From Marsupella aquatica (taxonomy: Eukaryota > Plantae > Marchantiophyta): a stretch of DNA of 64,000 nucleotides. This document shows positions 1 to 12,077 of the stretch, piece after piece. Numbering within the stretch: position 1 is the first letter of the stretch; each line of letters opens with the position of its first letter. Position numbers and translations under genes: made by a program. The notes below the pieces were generated by a model. The model did no database searches. It saw only the letters and a program-made list of their open reading frames with translations, and had not been told where the DNA came from. The DNA lies in the NCBI GenBank assembly GCA_973895155.1, contig OZ316894.1, forward strand, positions 26,397,240 through 26,461,239, written 5' to 3'.

Positions 1-80
1 TCTGAGCTGCAGATGAGATTTCGGGCCCGAGCCCACATCAATGCTTCGCTTCCTGCTGCTCGAAAGACGAGCGACGCCAT
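1..80 (-). CDS. Possible 5' end of a gene running off the left edge (MASLVFRAAGSEALMWARARNLICSS...)
   Basis: ATG at 80 opens a frame that stays open to the window edge. The composition is Ser/Ala/Arg-rich like a transit peptide, and the region retains CpG. Too short to identify. Confidence 0.3.
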   Translation of the reverse strand, partial: MASLVFRAAGSEALMWARARNLICSS

Positions 81-3000
81 GATTCCAGATCGGGGCAATG
101 CGAGGGAGATGAGCGATGCCACGGAAGCAGCAACGCCGATGGCATTGGAATAATAGACGTTGCTGTTCAGCCAAACAGTGCAGTACTGAGATTTTTTAGT
201 GAAATAGTTGGAGGGAGAGTCAGAAACGAGGAAAATGATGTTTCCATGGACCGATCCCGTGAAACATGCAACCACCATGGACGGTGACCAGCATATTTTT
301 TAAAGTATTTTACTTTTTTGCCAGAGTGGCGAATGGACAGAGTGTGTGAAGGGAAAAGATGCTCAAAAGATTTTTTATTCAATTGTTTTACTCACCTTCA
401 GATCTCCCTAGATTTAAGGCTGATGGTTAGATTCTGGCTAATGGGGCCTGAAATTAGATGGAACACTGTCTAATGAGACAGAAAAATAGTGGCCAATATT
501 TGCCAAAAGTGGGGAAAGATTGTTTGGGAGGTGAAATTTGGCTCATTTTTGCCACTTAAAAAAACACTGACGGTGACGCCTTCAACTCATGCTCATTGAA
601 AACCTACTAGTTTCCAAACAGATTTCATCACCAAAGTTGTGGGTGAACTTCTTGGCTTGTTGACTGTGGTCTTTTGGGGGCCTTCTTCCTCCCTTTATTG
701 AGTTGCTTTGCCTTAAAAGGACTCTGGTACAAAGGTTTTGTTTTTTGGCAGTGTGTTGCATACTTCAACATGAGGAATTTGACGCCCAGTGGTGGATGAC
801 AAGGTTGGTCTTTGAAAGCTCCATGGACCACATTTACAAAAATTTAAGTCTAATTGTAATAACTTGATATTCATAAATTCCAATATTTGTAGTTTGGGGG
901 ATATGTTGGAAGTTTGGGCGATATGTTGGAGGAGTAGCTAAGCTAGGCTTTTATCAAAGTGACAGTGAATGTTTGGCCATTTTGGTTGATTTCCAATTAT
1001 CAATTAATGTAGAGGGGTAAATTTCATTAGATAAATTTTAATTGTGCTCCATGGAGCACTGTGTCCAACATGGTGGTCTATCCCGGCTTAAGCTTTTCAA
1101 AATGAGGGGACTCAAACCTCAAAATTTGATGGACCTTAAGTTATTAGTTAAGGTTACTGACATAAAACAATATAAGCTACCATATTCATAATACCTCACA
1201 TTTTGTGATAAAGATCAGTCATATGCCATGGCCATAGGTCACTGTAGAGGCTAATGGAAAAACATTAAATAATCCTGTGAAAGAATTATGACCATTTGAA
1301 ACTATGAAGCTTTGGGACTCCCCAATATCTCCATTGATATCTAACACATATACTCTTCTTTCTAGATTAGGTAGCTTTGCGTTTGCCTCTTGTATAGAGT
1401 TTGGTGTTTGTCCCTTTCTACCTCAATGCTTTCCTTTCATTCTACTTTGTTTTGCCCTATGTCATAGATGATCACCACTTCTTTCTTGGGCTTGGCTAAT
1501 GTTGTTTGGAAAGGTATTTCTAATAAACTTAATATCTCTACATGGTTCACAAAGATTAGTCGTCTGTAAGAATTAGTGTTACTGAACGTTGTTCATGAGT
1601 TAAAATTAACACTAATTTTTGTTGGTTATGCACAATTTTTTTTTTTCACTTTTTCACTCTTCACTTTTTTCACTTTCTCAAGAAAATGGGTGATCTGGAG
1701 TCCAAAGTCACACTAATTCTTGTCTTTATTTTATACTGCTTTTTCCACTTTTTGTCCAAAGTGACATTAATCCATGTGAGCCGAATCAGTGTTAGAACGG
1801 AATCAGTGTTAGAAACACTGATTTATGAGTAGGGCCCATAACCTTATTCACTCGAAATAGTACCAGTAACACTACTTGTCATGAACATTGTTTGGCTGAA
1901 AATTTAAAAGTCGTGAATATGTAAACAGCAAAGCTTGACTTTCAATTCTCCCTTGATATCTAATGGAATAGCTCTTCTTGGGCTAGTTAGAAAATATTGT
2001 CTGCAAATATCTTTCCAACAAGCCTAATGTCTCTAGTTTTCATGAAAAAGGCAGAGGGCTGGACATTTTTTAACAGCAAAGTTGGACCTTCAAAATCTAC
2101 CTTGATATCCAACTCAATAGCCTTCTTGGGGTAGTTGGCAGCTGCTTGACAAATCATATGTCTCGAGTTTTCATATCCATTCAAAAAGATCTAAATTGGT
2201 GACAATAAGCTCATCACTCACCGTCCACACTTTGCGCTTCAAAGGTTTTAAGCGGACCTTGACGTTCAGTAGTTCCATAGAAATCTACTGGAATCTGATT
2301 TTTGGGGGGTTTGCTGGAAACGACTTGCAACAATTTTTTTGGTGAGCCTAATATTGTCAACTTTCTATCCAAATGTGGAGGTCGATTTCCAGAGACAAGG
2401 GCGGCTTTTTGAGAAGTAGCAGGCATAGTCTTATTTATATTCCCTGGGCGATTAAATCCGGATTGTAGCATAAGTGAAATGGCTGTAGTTAACTTTACAA
2501 GAAACTTGGGGCCTGTAGTTAGCTTTACGAGAACCTGGGGCCCATTCAGGTATGGTGTATACTTATCCTACATGACAGGCTAGTCTGTGGGCCCAAGTAA
2601 ATGCCCACGTCGAGTGCTTATTTTGTCTACAGTATTAGGCCACCTGAAGAAGTTGGCCCACTTCACCAAAAATTTCCGTGCATCTTCATCTCCTGTAGCG
2701 TTCATGTCCAGCAACCTTATCCTGACTGTAGGATTGGCTCAAAATTTGACCAGTAGATATGGTGCATTCTCATTCTTTGACTGCCATATGTCTGGCCAGT
2801 AGGAATAGTGTCCATGCAATATTTGGCCCAAAAGACTTCCCTATCTTCCTATTTTTGTACAGTCAATTCCATCCACTTTATGGCTTCATCTCTGGGTGTG
2901 ATTTCTGTCAACCAGCTGACATTTTTGTAGGAACTCATCTCTATTATCCATTGAGGAAAGGAAACTCAATCCCCTCTCTGTAATGACCCTCGTCTAGCTA

Positions 3001-3731
3001 TGACAAACGGATCTCATCTTAGTTGATGAAGGTGCCTCATGGCATCATGTGTCACGTATGGTATACTTTAAGATCTACAAAATTCATCTACTGATTAAGG
3101 ACTGTTGTTGTATCCAAATGAAGTAGTTGGAAATGTGGACGCCAATGTTTGCCAGATACAAAAATGTGGTCAGTCTGGGTAGTGTATTTCTCTCTTGTAA
3201 TCTCTGATCTTGCCTACAAGTGCATGATATATAAATTAATGCAAAGGGCTTCTTGAATCTTCACACTACTCTTGATGGCGTTCTCTCCTCAGGAAGTCAG
3301 GATCATTCACTTCTGGAATTCTATCTAGCTGAGCATACTCTACTGCGAGCTCAATTGAGGTGCTATGTTTGTCATTCTAGCTCTCATATAGCTGTATATA
3401 GCTACACCCTTCTAATGCGTTACGATTTTGGCTTATTAAATTAAAATTAAATAGTGTATAAAAGCTGTGTTATAATATTATGTTAAATTGTATTAAAATA
3501 CTAATTCTATATGAAGTAATGGAAATTTATATAAATTTGTTGAAATCAGTGAACAGTATGGAGAATCGAGGCACAAACAGCTTCAAACTCTGTGCCCAAA
3601 GCAGCGAGGTGGGGGTCTTAGGGGCATCACTCTAAGGGGGTATCATATCCTGCGAAAAGGTTGTAGCTATTCAGCACACTGACAAATAGTGAAAAGAATG
3701 AACTATTTTTCTAGCCCTGTTTTTTTAATAT

Positions 3732-4280
3732 GGTTTTTTACTAAGTTGTCCCCCAAACTGACCCCCCACCAAACTAATTTATTTCTCAGGTTGATCCCCA
3801 TTTTGTAAATAGGGAACCTTAACCACAGTAGTTAACCTAAGCTCGGTCCTCATTGGTTGATGCCATGTGTTGAGGTGCGATTGGCCTGGTTTACCCAGGC
3901 CAAGAAGGCCCTAAACTGGACCGGCTTCTTCCCGTTTCACAAAGGACGGCCCTGAACTTACAGGCACGACGATTCTCCTGGCCCGACATTCATGTTTTAG
4001 GTACCAGGAAAATACTGCCAATTTTTTACACATTTTCATGTATAAAAAAACTACAAAGCCACTCTTGGACCAGGCCCAGGTTAGGGCACTAGCAGCCAGG
4101 GGTAAGGCCGGGCCAATTGCACCTGACCATGTGGTTTACGGCCAATGCAGAGTGACCGGTTAAAGTATGGGAGTTAAAGTAACCCATATATGAAATGGGG
4201 GTCAGCCTAACAGTTAAAATAGTTTGGGGGACTAAGTTGACAATTGTGGTCAGTTTGGGACAAGGTTTGTTAAAAAAATC
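3732..4280. mobile_element. Non-autonomous foldback element / MITE with long imperfect TIRs (Mutator-like)
   Basis: Left end GGTTTTTTACTAAGTTGTCCCCCAAACTGACC matches the reverse complement of right end GGTCAGTTTGGGACAAGGTTTGTTAAAAAAATC. Imperfect complementarity continues about 170 bp inward (e.g. GAGGTGCGATTGGCC / GGCCAATTGCACCTG). No clean TSD seen. Confidence 0.6.
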
Positions 4281-5940
4281 GTTTTGGAATATTCTAAAAA
4301 AACCAAAATTCATTTCCAACATCCTAATTTTCTTGTACCATTGGATTTCAAAAGTTTAATGTTTTTCTACAAAAATTCAAACAAGGCACCTACCCAATAA
4401 ACAAACACTATATTTAGTTTTGCCTGGGCTTTTTGAGCCAGTAAGGAGTCATAAAGTTATATTATTTATATACAATCACGAAACATAGAAAGCATGTACA
4501 TGTCACATAGTGGTAGAGGTCCCTGCTCGGAACTGTGAGTTGGAGGGCTCGAGCAGCCTTCAGCATATTCATTTTCCCCCACTCTAGGGCGTCGGAAGGA
4601 GGAAGTGAAAGAAATGGTAAACAAAATATACACATGGGGGGTTCAATCAATCTGAAAATTGAAACCAAAAATGGGCTTAGGAGACTGAATTAAAGATGTG
4701 CCATAAGGGTTCGTCAAGAAAATTCTCGCTACCATACTGTTAGCTCGTCCTCTCAAGTAGAAATACAAATCTCCTTCGTTCTGGACATGGATTCTCTAGA
4801 CGAGATAATGGATGCGCATCATTCCTTCTCCAATATGGCATCCCAATCCGTCGGAGTCATGCATGACTCATGTGTAGTTGTACCCCCACGAGGGTGCACT
4901 TGGGCTAATTAGGATATTTTAGATATCCCAATACCAGTACATATCAGTAGAATACTAGTTTAGTAGGTAAATAATATGTTTTAATACATTTATAAGGCTA
5001 GACAATGGAGACAGAACAATGATGATGGTTGGAACTTCTTAAGTTGAGTAAAACAAATCTAGATATATGGCATTAATCTGGAGCGTCCTTGGGAAGAGTA
5101 GGACTGTAGGAGAAGTCTTTGGAAGCAGGAAGTCATGTGTCTACGGACTTCATGAGGCATCAGCGCGAAGTGTATAATTAATGATGGACTATCACTGACG
5201 ACCGCGGGAAGGACGTACCATCTGCTATGAACTCTAGTCCAAAGACCTTTACACTAGGTCAGCAATCAACGTACTACTACTACTCTACTAGGATATGAAG
5301 GAATGGTTCCATGACTGGGACAATCTGTGTGACTCAATAGTGGGTGCAAGTCATGCTTCAGTAGTTCAGTGAGTACAATTGACTCATGAGTCATACAAAT
5401 GACTCCCTCGGGCCCTGGAGACTAACAAAACAGACTAGTTCTAATTAGTCATTCACTTGACCCAAACATTCTCTTAAAGCATATAACACATGTCATTCTT
5501 AAACAGGACTAGTTCTTATCAAGTACATTTCCTGCCCAATCCTAAACCGTCCATCTGCAAAATGCCAGAGAATGTTTCCACATGCCATTACCAGGAGTAT
5601 CACGAAGATTTACTTACACTTGTCATTATTAGACGAATCATGAAGGAAAGAGGTCTTTATGGGCCAAAGAGAGGACATACCAACACCCCCTAAACAATAA
5701 TTATGTGGTGTTCAATGTTACAAGGCGAAGTTCACTATTCAAACAGCTTTGTGCAATTTTTCGTTTCCAATTGGATCCATCCCAGATGTCAGCTCTAGAG
5801 GACAAATTAACTTTGAGCCCTGATCTGACAGCAACACTCCTTTATCAGTGTTGCAAGTGTGAACATTTTTTATTTCCTTTATAACGTATGAACGGAAAGC
5901 TCATTGTCATTGTTGGACGCAGAGACATGACTGATGCACG

Positions 5941-6197
5941 TGTCAAAAACAGGAAATAAAAATATAGTACTTCGATAGTAAGGAGTTGGAATATGAGAAA
6001 TAAAATAATGCGTTGGATTAGGGGTTAGGAAGGGTTTAGGTTTGACAAGGTGAGCTTCCCACGCAGATATATGATTGGTGCCTATGTCAAGAACAGGAAA
6101 TAAAAAACAGAGTACTTCATTAGGAAGGAGTTGGGATATGAGTAATAAAATAATGGGTGGGATTTAGGGTTAGGAGGGGTTTAGGTTTGACAAGGTG
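5941..6197. repeat. Two diverged ~112-bp direct repeats
   Basis: TGTCAA.AACAGGAAATAAAAA...AGGAGTTGG.ATATGAG...GGTTTAGGTTTGACAAGGTG occurs at 5941 and 6085. Confidence 0.8.
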
Positions 6198-6204
6198 GTA
6201 GATA

Positions 6205-7000
6205 ATACTGTCTATCACACTGCCAAAAACGAAAAGGAGCTCAATTGGGAGACACTGTCCCAAAGACATGAGACCCAACAAAAGGGAGGAAACAAGGGGA
6301 AAACCCAGGAATACAAAGAGCCAAAATCCCATAGAGTCCTAGCAAAAGTCTACCGCAACAACAACCAAAAAGCTAAAACCCTAAAACCCTACCTATTGAC
6401 AAAACTGGTAAAGTTATAGGGTAGACTGCACAGGAGGGTTACCTAGAGGAATTTGATGAGAGACCCTACAACCAACAACCTCACCTTTACAAAAAATAAT
6501 GAATGCCTAAGCCCTCTATAGTGCAACAATACTGTTGTCCATAGAAGGCCGTGAGGACAAAAACCGAGCAATAAGGCTTCCAATCTACACAAAGACCAGG
6601 TGTAGGGCCCCATAGACCTCCAAAGCAAGTAACTAGAATAGGTCTTCAGATTAAGGCATAGCATAGCCTCCTCTTTGAGACGGGCAGCCCTAGCAGCAGC
6701 ATGGCCTGATACGTGGGCAGCCACTGCAACATTGGTCCCGCCAGTAGAATCAGCAATGACTATACGCCCAAGGGCCCAAACTCCTGCCCGGGAGAAGACC
6801 AGATTGGCTTGCTGCAGATCAGGAACACCATCCCAGGGTGGTAGCACAGGTTTGCTGCTCCGTAGTGACATGGTACCCCAAGTCCCGGGCAGTGGCAGCC
6901 ACCACATCATGGATATCTTCATATATGGGTTGCATTACTCTCACTACCATGACCACACTGAAGAGTATGGACTTCCTCCTTGTCCAGGGATGCCCCAGAG
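6205..7000 (-). mobile_element. Decayed retroelement 3' fragment (LINE-like) with shared terminal motif
   Basis: Degenerate ORF (6443-6922), then a T-rich tail ending TTTTTGGCAGTGTGATAG on the minus strand. Related termini occur at ~745 (+), ~16730 (+) and ~22240 (-). Confidence 0.35.
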
Positions 7001-7649
7001 ACACAAGTGGGTTGACTTAGTAGGCATAGGGTGGGGTAGACCAAACCAAAGGTGCAAGAACATGGCAGGTGCAAATGAAAGAACTCATCCAAAAATGATG
7101 TTTACACATAATAGTAATTGGATGACAATTTGAGACATGAGAACATGAATTGTCAATCAGATAAATGTGACAAGTTTTATTAGTACTTGTTGCACTCTTG
7201 ATTCCAATATGTAGCATGCATGTAGTATTCTGATTGCTGGATGTGTGAGGGCAATCCCTGTTCCCAGTAACTATTTCATGTGTTAAACATTTGAGAGAAT
7301 CAAAGAATGTGTGCACCACCATTTCCTAATCCTACTCAATGGAGCAAGCCATTCCATCACTTTTTTTGAGTGACTCAGGAAAGAGTGATGTAGGACAATT
7401 CAAGAATGCTTGCACCACGTGTGCCTGATCCTACTCAACAGAGTAAGCTAGTCCTTTTTAAGTGATGCAAGAGCAAGAGTGAGCATATTATCTATGCATT
7501 GGGAGATGTTCAGAGCACCTAACCCAATAAGAAGAAAACTAAGAAATTGATACAAATATTTATTGTCTAGATGGTTTAGGCTCCTTTTACATTAGAATCC
7601 ACTTGTCCTCGTTTGTCTTTTCCATTAGCGTGCAATCAATCAATCATGA

Positions 7650-8007
7650 AAGGGCTGTGGTGATGTGTTGTGCAGGAAAAACAGAGGGGGTATCAGGCTA
7701 ATTCTATTAGGTTCCCATTGAAGCTTATCCTCCATGGGGTTGTTGGGAATGTTCAAGCTACTCTGCAAAAGGGCTGTGGTGATGTGTTGTGTAGGAGAAT
7801 CAGAAGGGCCTATTAAGCCAATTCTACTAGGTTCTGAGTGAAGCTTATCCTCCATGGGGTTGCTGTGAATGTTCAAGCTACTGTAGAAAACGGTTGCCCT
7901 GATGTGTTGTGCAGGAGAAACAAAAGGGCTTGTCAAGCTAAATCATTTAGGTTTCCATTAAAGCTTATTCTCCATGGGGTTGTGTGACTGTTCAAGCTAC
8001 TTTGCAG
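7650..8007. repeat. Tandem array, 3 x ~120 bp
   Basis: Unit ...GATGTGTTGTG.AGGA.AA...AAGCTTATCCTCCATGGGGTTG...GTTCAAGCTAC repeats at ~7650, ~7770 and ~7890. Confidence 0.9.
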
Positions 8008-9429
8008 CTCAAGAGATGTATGAAAAAACCCAGAAGCTTAAATCAGACATTGCCTTAACTCACTGAGGGATGGCTGACTAGCCATCGTGAGCCACTATGC
8101 CACATAATATCAACTTTGACTGATTTTATGTGTAGATTTTTGTAGACAGCATAGTCTTTCTTGAGAGCAAACAGAGCAGACATAGTCTCCAGCAAATCTA
8201 AGTGACTATATCAAAGTAGAGTTAATTGGAGGCATAGCCCAACTAGATCTAGCACTTTTGCTGATGGGGAGGATGACACACCTGATATCATTCAGAGACT
8301 CTGCAACTGCATTCATGCCATGTGCATCCTTAGGTGCCTGACTGATTTAGCCCAAAGCTATTGCTTGATGACCTGGGTTTTGTTTGGTCAGCCGTTAGCA
8401 TTGTGGTGTCTGATTATTGTGTCCTCTGGCCCCTCCGGGTTTGTGTTCTCTACACCCTGCTGGTTTTTGCAGTGTCTGGCTTTGAAATTTCTGGCACACC
8501 ACCATTGGTAAAAAAGAGTGGACAGAGTGTGAAAAGGGTAGCCTAATAATTTAGAGAATTCGTCAATAAACCGATAAGTGAGGGGGTAGTAGGGACTTAA
8601 TGTATAAAAAAACACGAATAACTTGTCACCAGACTCTACCTGGTGCTCCACAGGTAAAGAAAAATACTGGTGACTCTAGGGAAATCTGGATCGACCAGTC
8701 CATAGTCCATACCAGTAACTCAAGTACCCTACGGAAAGATGTTTTGGAAAAGGTAAGGCGATAATTATAGTATTTCTGGGGAAGGGTGTCCGCTCTCGTA
8801 CCGTACAAAAACTTCAGTGCAGTACGCGGTGCAGTCGCTTATTTCAGTAACAGTCGTACCTAGAATGGCGACCTCACCACCTAATTAGTGCCATCATTCT
8901 CTCTCTTCTCTCTTCGTCACCTTCCCAAAAAAGTCTTGTTGACATTTCTGTCCTTGCAGTTATGGTAGTATGATGCAATTCTCTCTCTCTCTTCTCTGCT
9001 CTGTCCCTCTGCATTCAATGCAAGTCTCCTTCCTCTCTCTTCTGTCCCTGGCTTCGAATTCGTCACCTCTGCAACTTTTCTTTCCTACTGAGCAATAAAG
9101 AGTCAAACAGTGGGGCCAGAGAGATCGACCAGGATTCGAATATCAGCTGGCACGGTGAATCCTGCTGGTGGCAGTGAGCCTGATGCTAGATAAGGAACAC
9201 CTAGCTTGATGCGCAAGAATCATACTACTGAACGGCAGGCTTATTAGTGTGGCGTACCTGACCGAGGACCATGGCTACTCAGCCATGGGAGGGTTAAAAG
9301 TGTGTCACCGAGGACCATGGCGACTCAGATGGGAGGGTTAAAAGTGTGGCATCGAGGACCATGGTGTCACCCCTCAAGGGTCCAGGTTACCATACTTGTA
9401 AGTCAATAATGTTGTAGCAAAGTAGAAAA

Positions 9430-10200
9430 ATAGGCTATATTGATTCGCTTGTGCTCCTGTTGTTTAGGGGAGAGTGACTATTTAAAGCATCACTTCACTA
9501 TCCCCGAAGCAAAACCTGGTGAATCCAGGTTACAAAATTAACCAAAAATGTTATCAAAACAGTAAAAAGAAAATTCCTCTATTTTGTCCCCCACCCCAAA
9601 TCTGGTGGACAGTGGTGATTTAGGTATAGCATACTTAAAAAAATAGTAACCTCCTCCTCTCTAGTTTCAGTTCCATGGCTGGTCACAACAGTAACCCCCT
9701 GGCCAGCTCATAATCCCCGAGAAGCCTTGCTGAGTCTCCATTTTCTTTCTAAATTATGCAAGAACAAAGTGTGGGGGTTATGCTTGCTACCTATATAGCC
9801 TGTTGGGGGGGCCATGGTTGTAACACCTGCTCACCCGCTTGTGGATAACATTCCATAACCCTCTCCACATAACTATGGGGTGTACTATCATTCATGAGGG
9901 GTCAGGAAGGGAGAGTTCTACCTCCATAGTCCTTCTCTAAGCCAGAAGATGCTAGAGTTTAAGCCAACTTCTTTCAGAAGGAAGACGACGCTTATCCATA
10001 CATTTGTGCCGAGCCTTACTTTAGCCCTGAGCTTCTCTCGTTCAATCCTGCAGCTTACTGTGGTCCCGTCCCCACCAGTACTTTTTGTGACAATAACTCG
10101 CCAAATTCCACCTCATTGAAAAGTATTCATTCCTTTTGGCCAAAATTAGCCCTACTTTTTATCTTGGATTGACTAAGTTTCCCACCTAGCCACGGACCAG
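9430..10200 (-). mobile_element. Highly decayed LTR-retrotransposon gag/protease remnant
   Basis: Minus-strand translations REKLRAKVRL (gag-like) and LNNRSTSESI (resembles the aspartic protease LDSGST.SFI motif), broken by stops. Confidence 0.3.
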
Positions 10201-10709
10201 AATGTGAGGGACATCCTTAAACCTAGGGAGATCTAAATGTTCAGAAACTAATGTACTAAATAAGGAACATGATGAGCATCTTCTCCATCACACGAGGTGG
10301 AGTAACATTCGCCACCTAGGCCAAAAGAAAAAACAGAAGGAGACATTTGGCAGAACAGCCCAAACCTTCACATTGAAATTACCCCACTTTCCGATAGATC
10401 AGAATGCTAAGAAATGAATTCAGTAAAATTGAAGCATCTTTTCCTTCACACGAAGGTGAGCTAACATTGAAAAACGATAACCATCAAATTACCCTGGGCT
10501 TCCATAGATCGCCACCAAATGTTCAGAAATTAGGTCAGTGAAATTGAATAAGGAAGACGCTGCGCATCTTTCTTATCACACAACGGGAGGTAACATATAT
10601 TTCCTTCTATAAATCACCGGTTTCACATTAAATGCTGTCGTGTTGTGCCTGTTCCATTAGTCGGTAGTTGCCCACAGACTGAAACTAAATACCTAAAGAA
10701 GATGCTTAT

Positions 10710-10790
10710 GAGCATTGTGCAGTCCATTGGCTACTGGTAGTGCACTAGAGTGGGCAACTCAGGTGTTGGGTTCAAAACTCACTGAGCTTT
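10710..10790 (+). mobile_element. Possible tRNA-derived SINE head
   Basis: Degenerate Pol III A-box-like TGTGCAGTCCATTGG and B-box-like GGGTTCAAAACTC. No intact cloverleaf. Confidence 0.25.
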
Positions 10791-10960
10791 TTAACACACA
10801 CCCGCCCCAAAAGTGGGGTTCAAAAGCCTCTTGTTACACTCACAAGTTCTTTTGATTCAAGAAAAGTTTACACACATAATTCCCCAAAAATGGGGTTCAG
10901 GAGTATCTAGTAACACACAAACTTTTTTTTTGATTCTAGATGGGAATGGGTTGTTCCAAT

Positions 10961-11050
10961 TTCCTGTCACTAATCACTATAATCCAAAGGATTAGAGATC
11001 AGTCATTCCTGTCACTAATCACTATAATCCAAAGGATTAGAGATCAGTCA
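10961..11050. repeat. Perfect 45-bp tandem duplication
   Basis: TTCCTGTCACTAATCACTATAATCCAAAGGATTAGAGATCAGTCA x2. Confidence 0.95.
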
Positions 11051-12077
11051 TAAATGCTAAACTCGGAACTCGTAGAAGTGGGTTAGCATATTAGGTAACA
11101 TTTTTGCCACCTAGGCAAGAAAACCATGAGAAGGTGACATTTGGCGACGAAAGAAAAAACCCCTCGAAGTTGAAAATAATGACCCCTATTCGGTCACCCC
11201 CCGCAACTTTTATTAATAATAGTAGTTAACCTCGCGGCCCCCGCCTGGGCCCCCCCCGGCCCCCCGGCTGCAGGCATGCCTTACTCGTCGTGATCGTCAT
11301 GATGATCACGAGTCTGGTGGTGGGTTGCAGGAGCAGCAGTGCAGTGCAGCAGATTCATCATCACATAACCCCCCGCGACGACCGGGTCATCTGGCCCAGC
11401 TAACAGTGTGTCCTCATGTCCTGTTCCCTCTCGACACCACATAAATGCATCTTAGCCTCCCCAGTCCCCTGTCTTTTTTCTCTCCACCACGTCCTCTCCT
11501 GATCACCGAATGATCCCCTCCTGTGCCGGCATGCTTTCTGCTGGTGCAGCTCCCTACAAGTTATAGTGTTTCTTCCCACTTACGCTGTCTCCCTCCCAGG
11601 GTCTTCTTATCCCCTCTCGCTCTCTGCGCCTCTTCGGACACGATTCATAGTTTTCGCAGTCGGTTATCATTGTCCAGTGTGTAGTTTTGGGGACTTTGAT
11701 TCCTGCCGCTTCGCTTGTGTTCGTTCCGTGCCTCTCCAAGGAAATCTTTTTTTTGTCCCCTTTTCTCATCAAGAGGGTGAGAAGCTTTTCTCCACTCCTG
11801 AGCCTGCGATCTTGCAGCCGGCCTTGGGAATCTGCGGAGTATAGTTTTTGTGTTGTGCATGGGACTAGAGTGACGACTTACAGACGGCACCAATCAATCA
11901 AGGTCAGGTCTGCACGAGAGATGTACAGGATTGTAGGAACCCTGGAGCACAGAGTCTTGTGTCGGTGTTGACGAGCACCCGAAAGAGTTGCTTGTGGAGG
12001 GCGTAGAGAAGCTTTAGCGGTGACTGGCAAGCGAACTTATCTTGTGAAGATTCTGGTATTCGGATAGGGAAGTGGAC

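Noticed and set aside
1987-2990. Short ORFs suggesting a decayed gene or transposase
   Set aside because: No motif could be recognised; many stops and CpG depletion, so it is left unassigned.
7650-8007. CRISPR-like appearance of tandem arrays (also 32654, 49457, 54536)
   Set aside because: Whole units are homologous with no unique spacers, there are no cas genes, and the context is eukaryotic.
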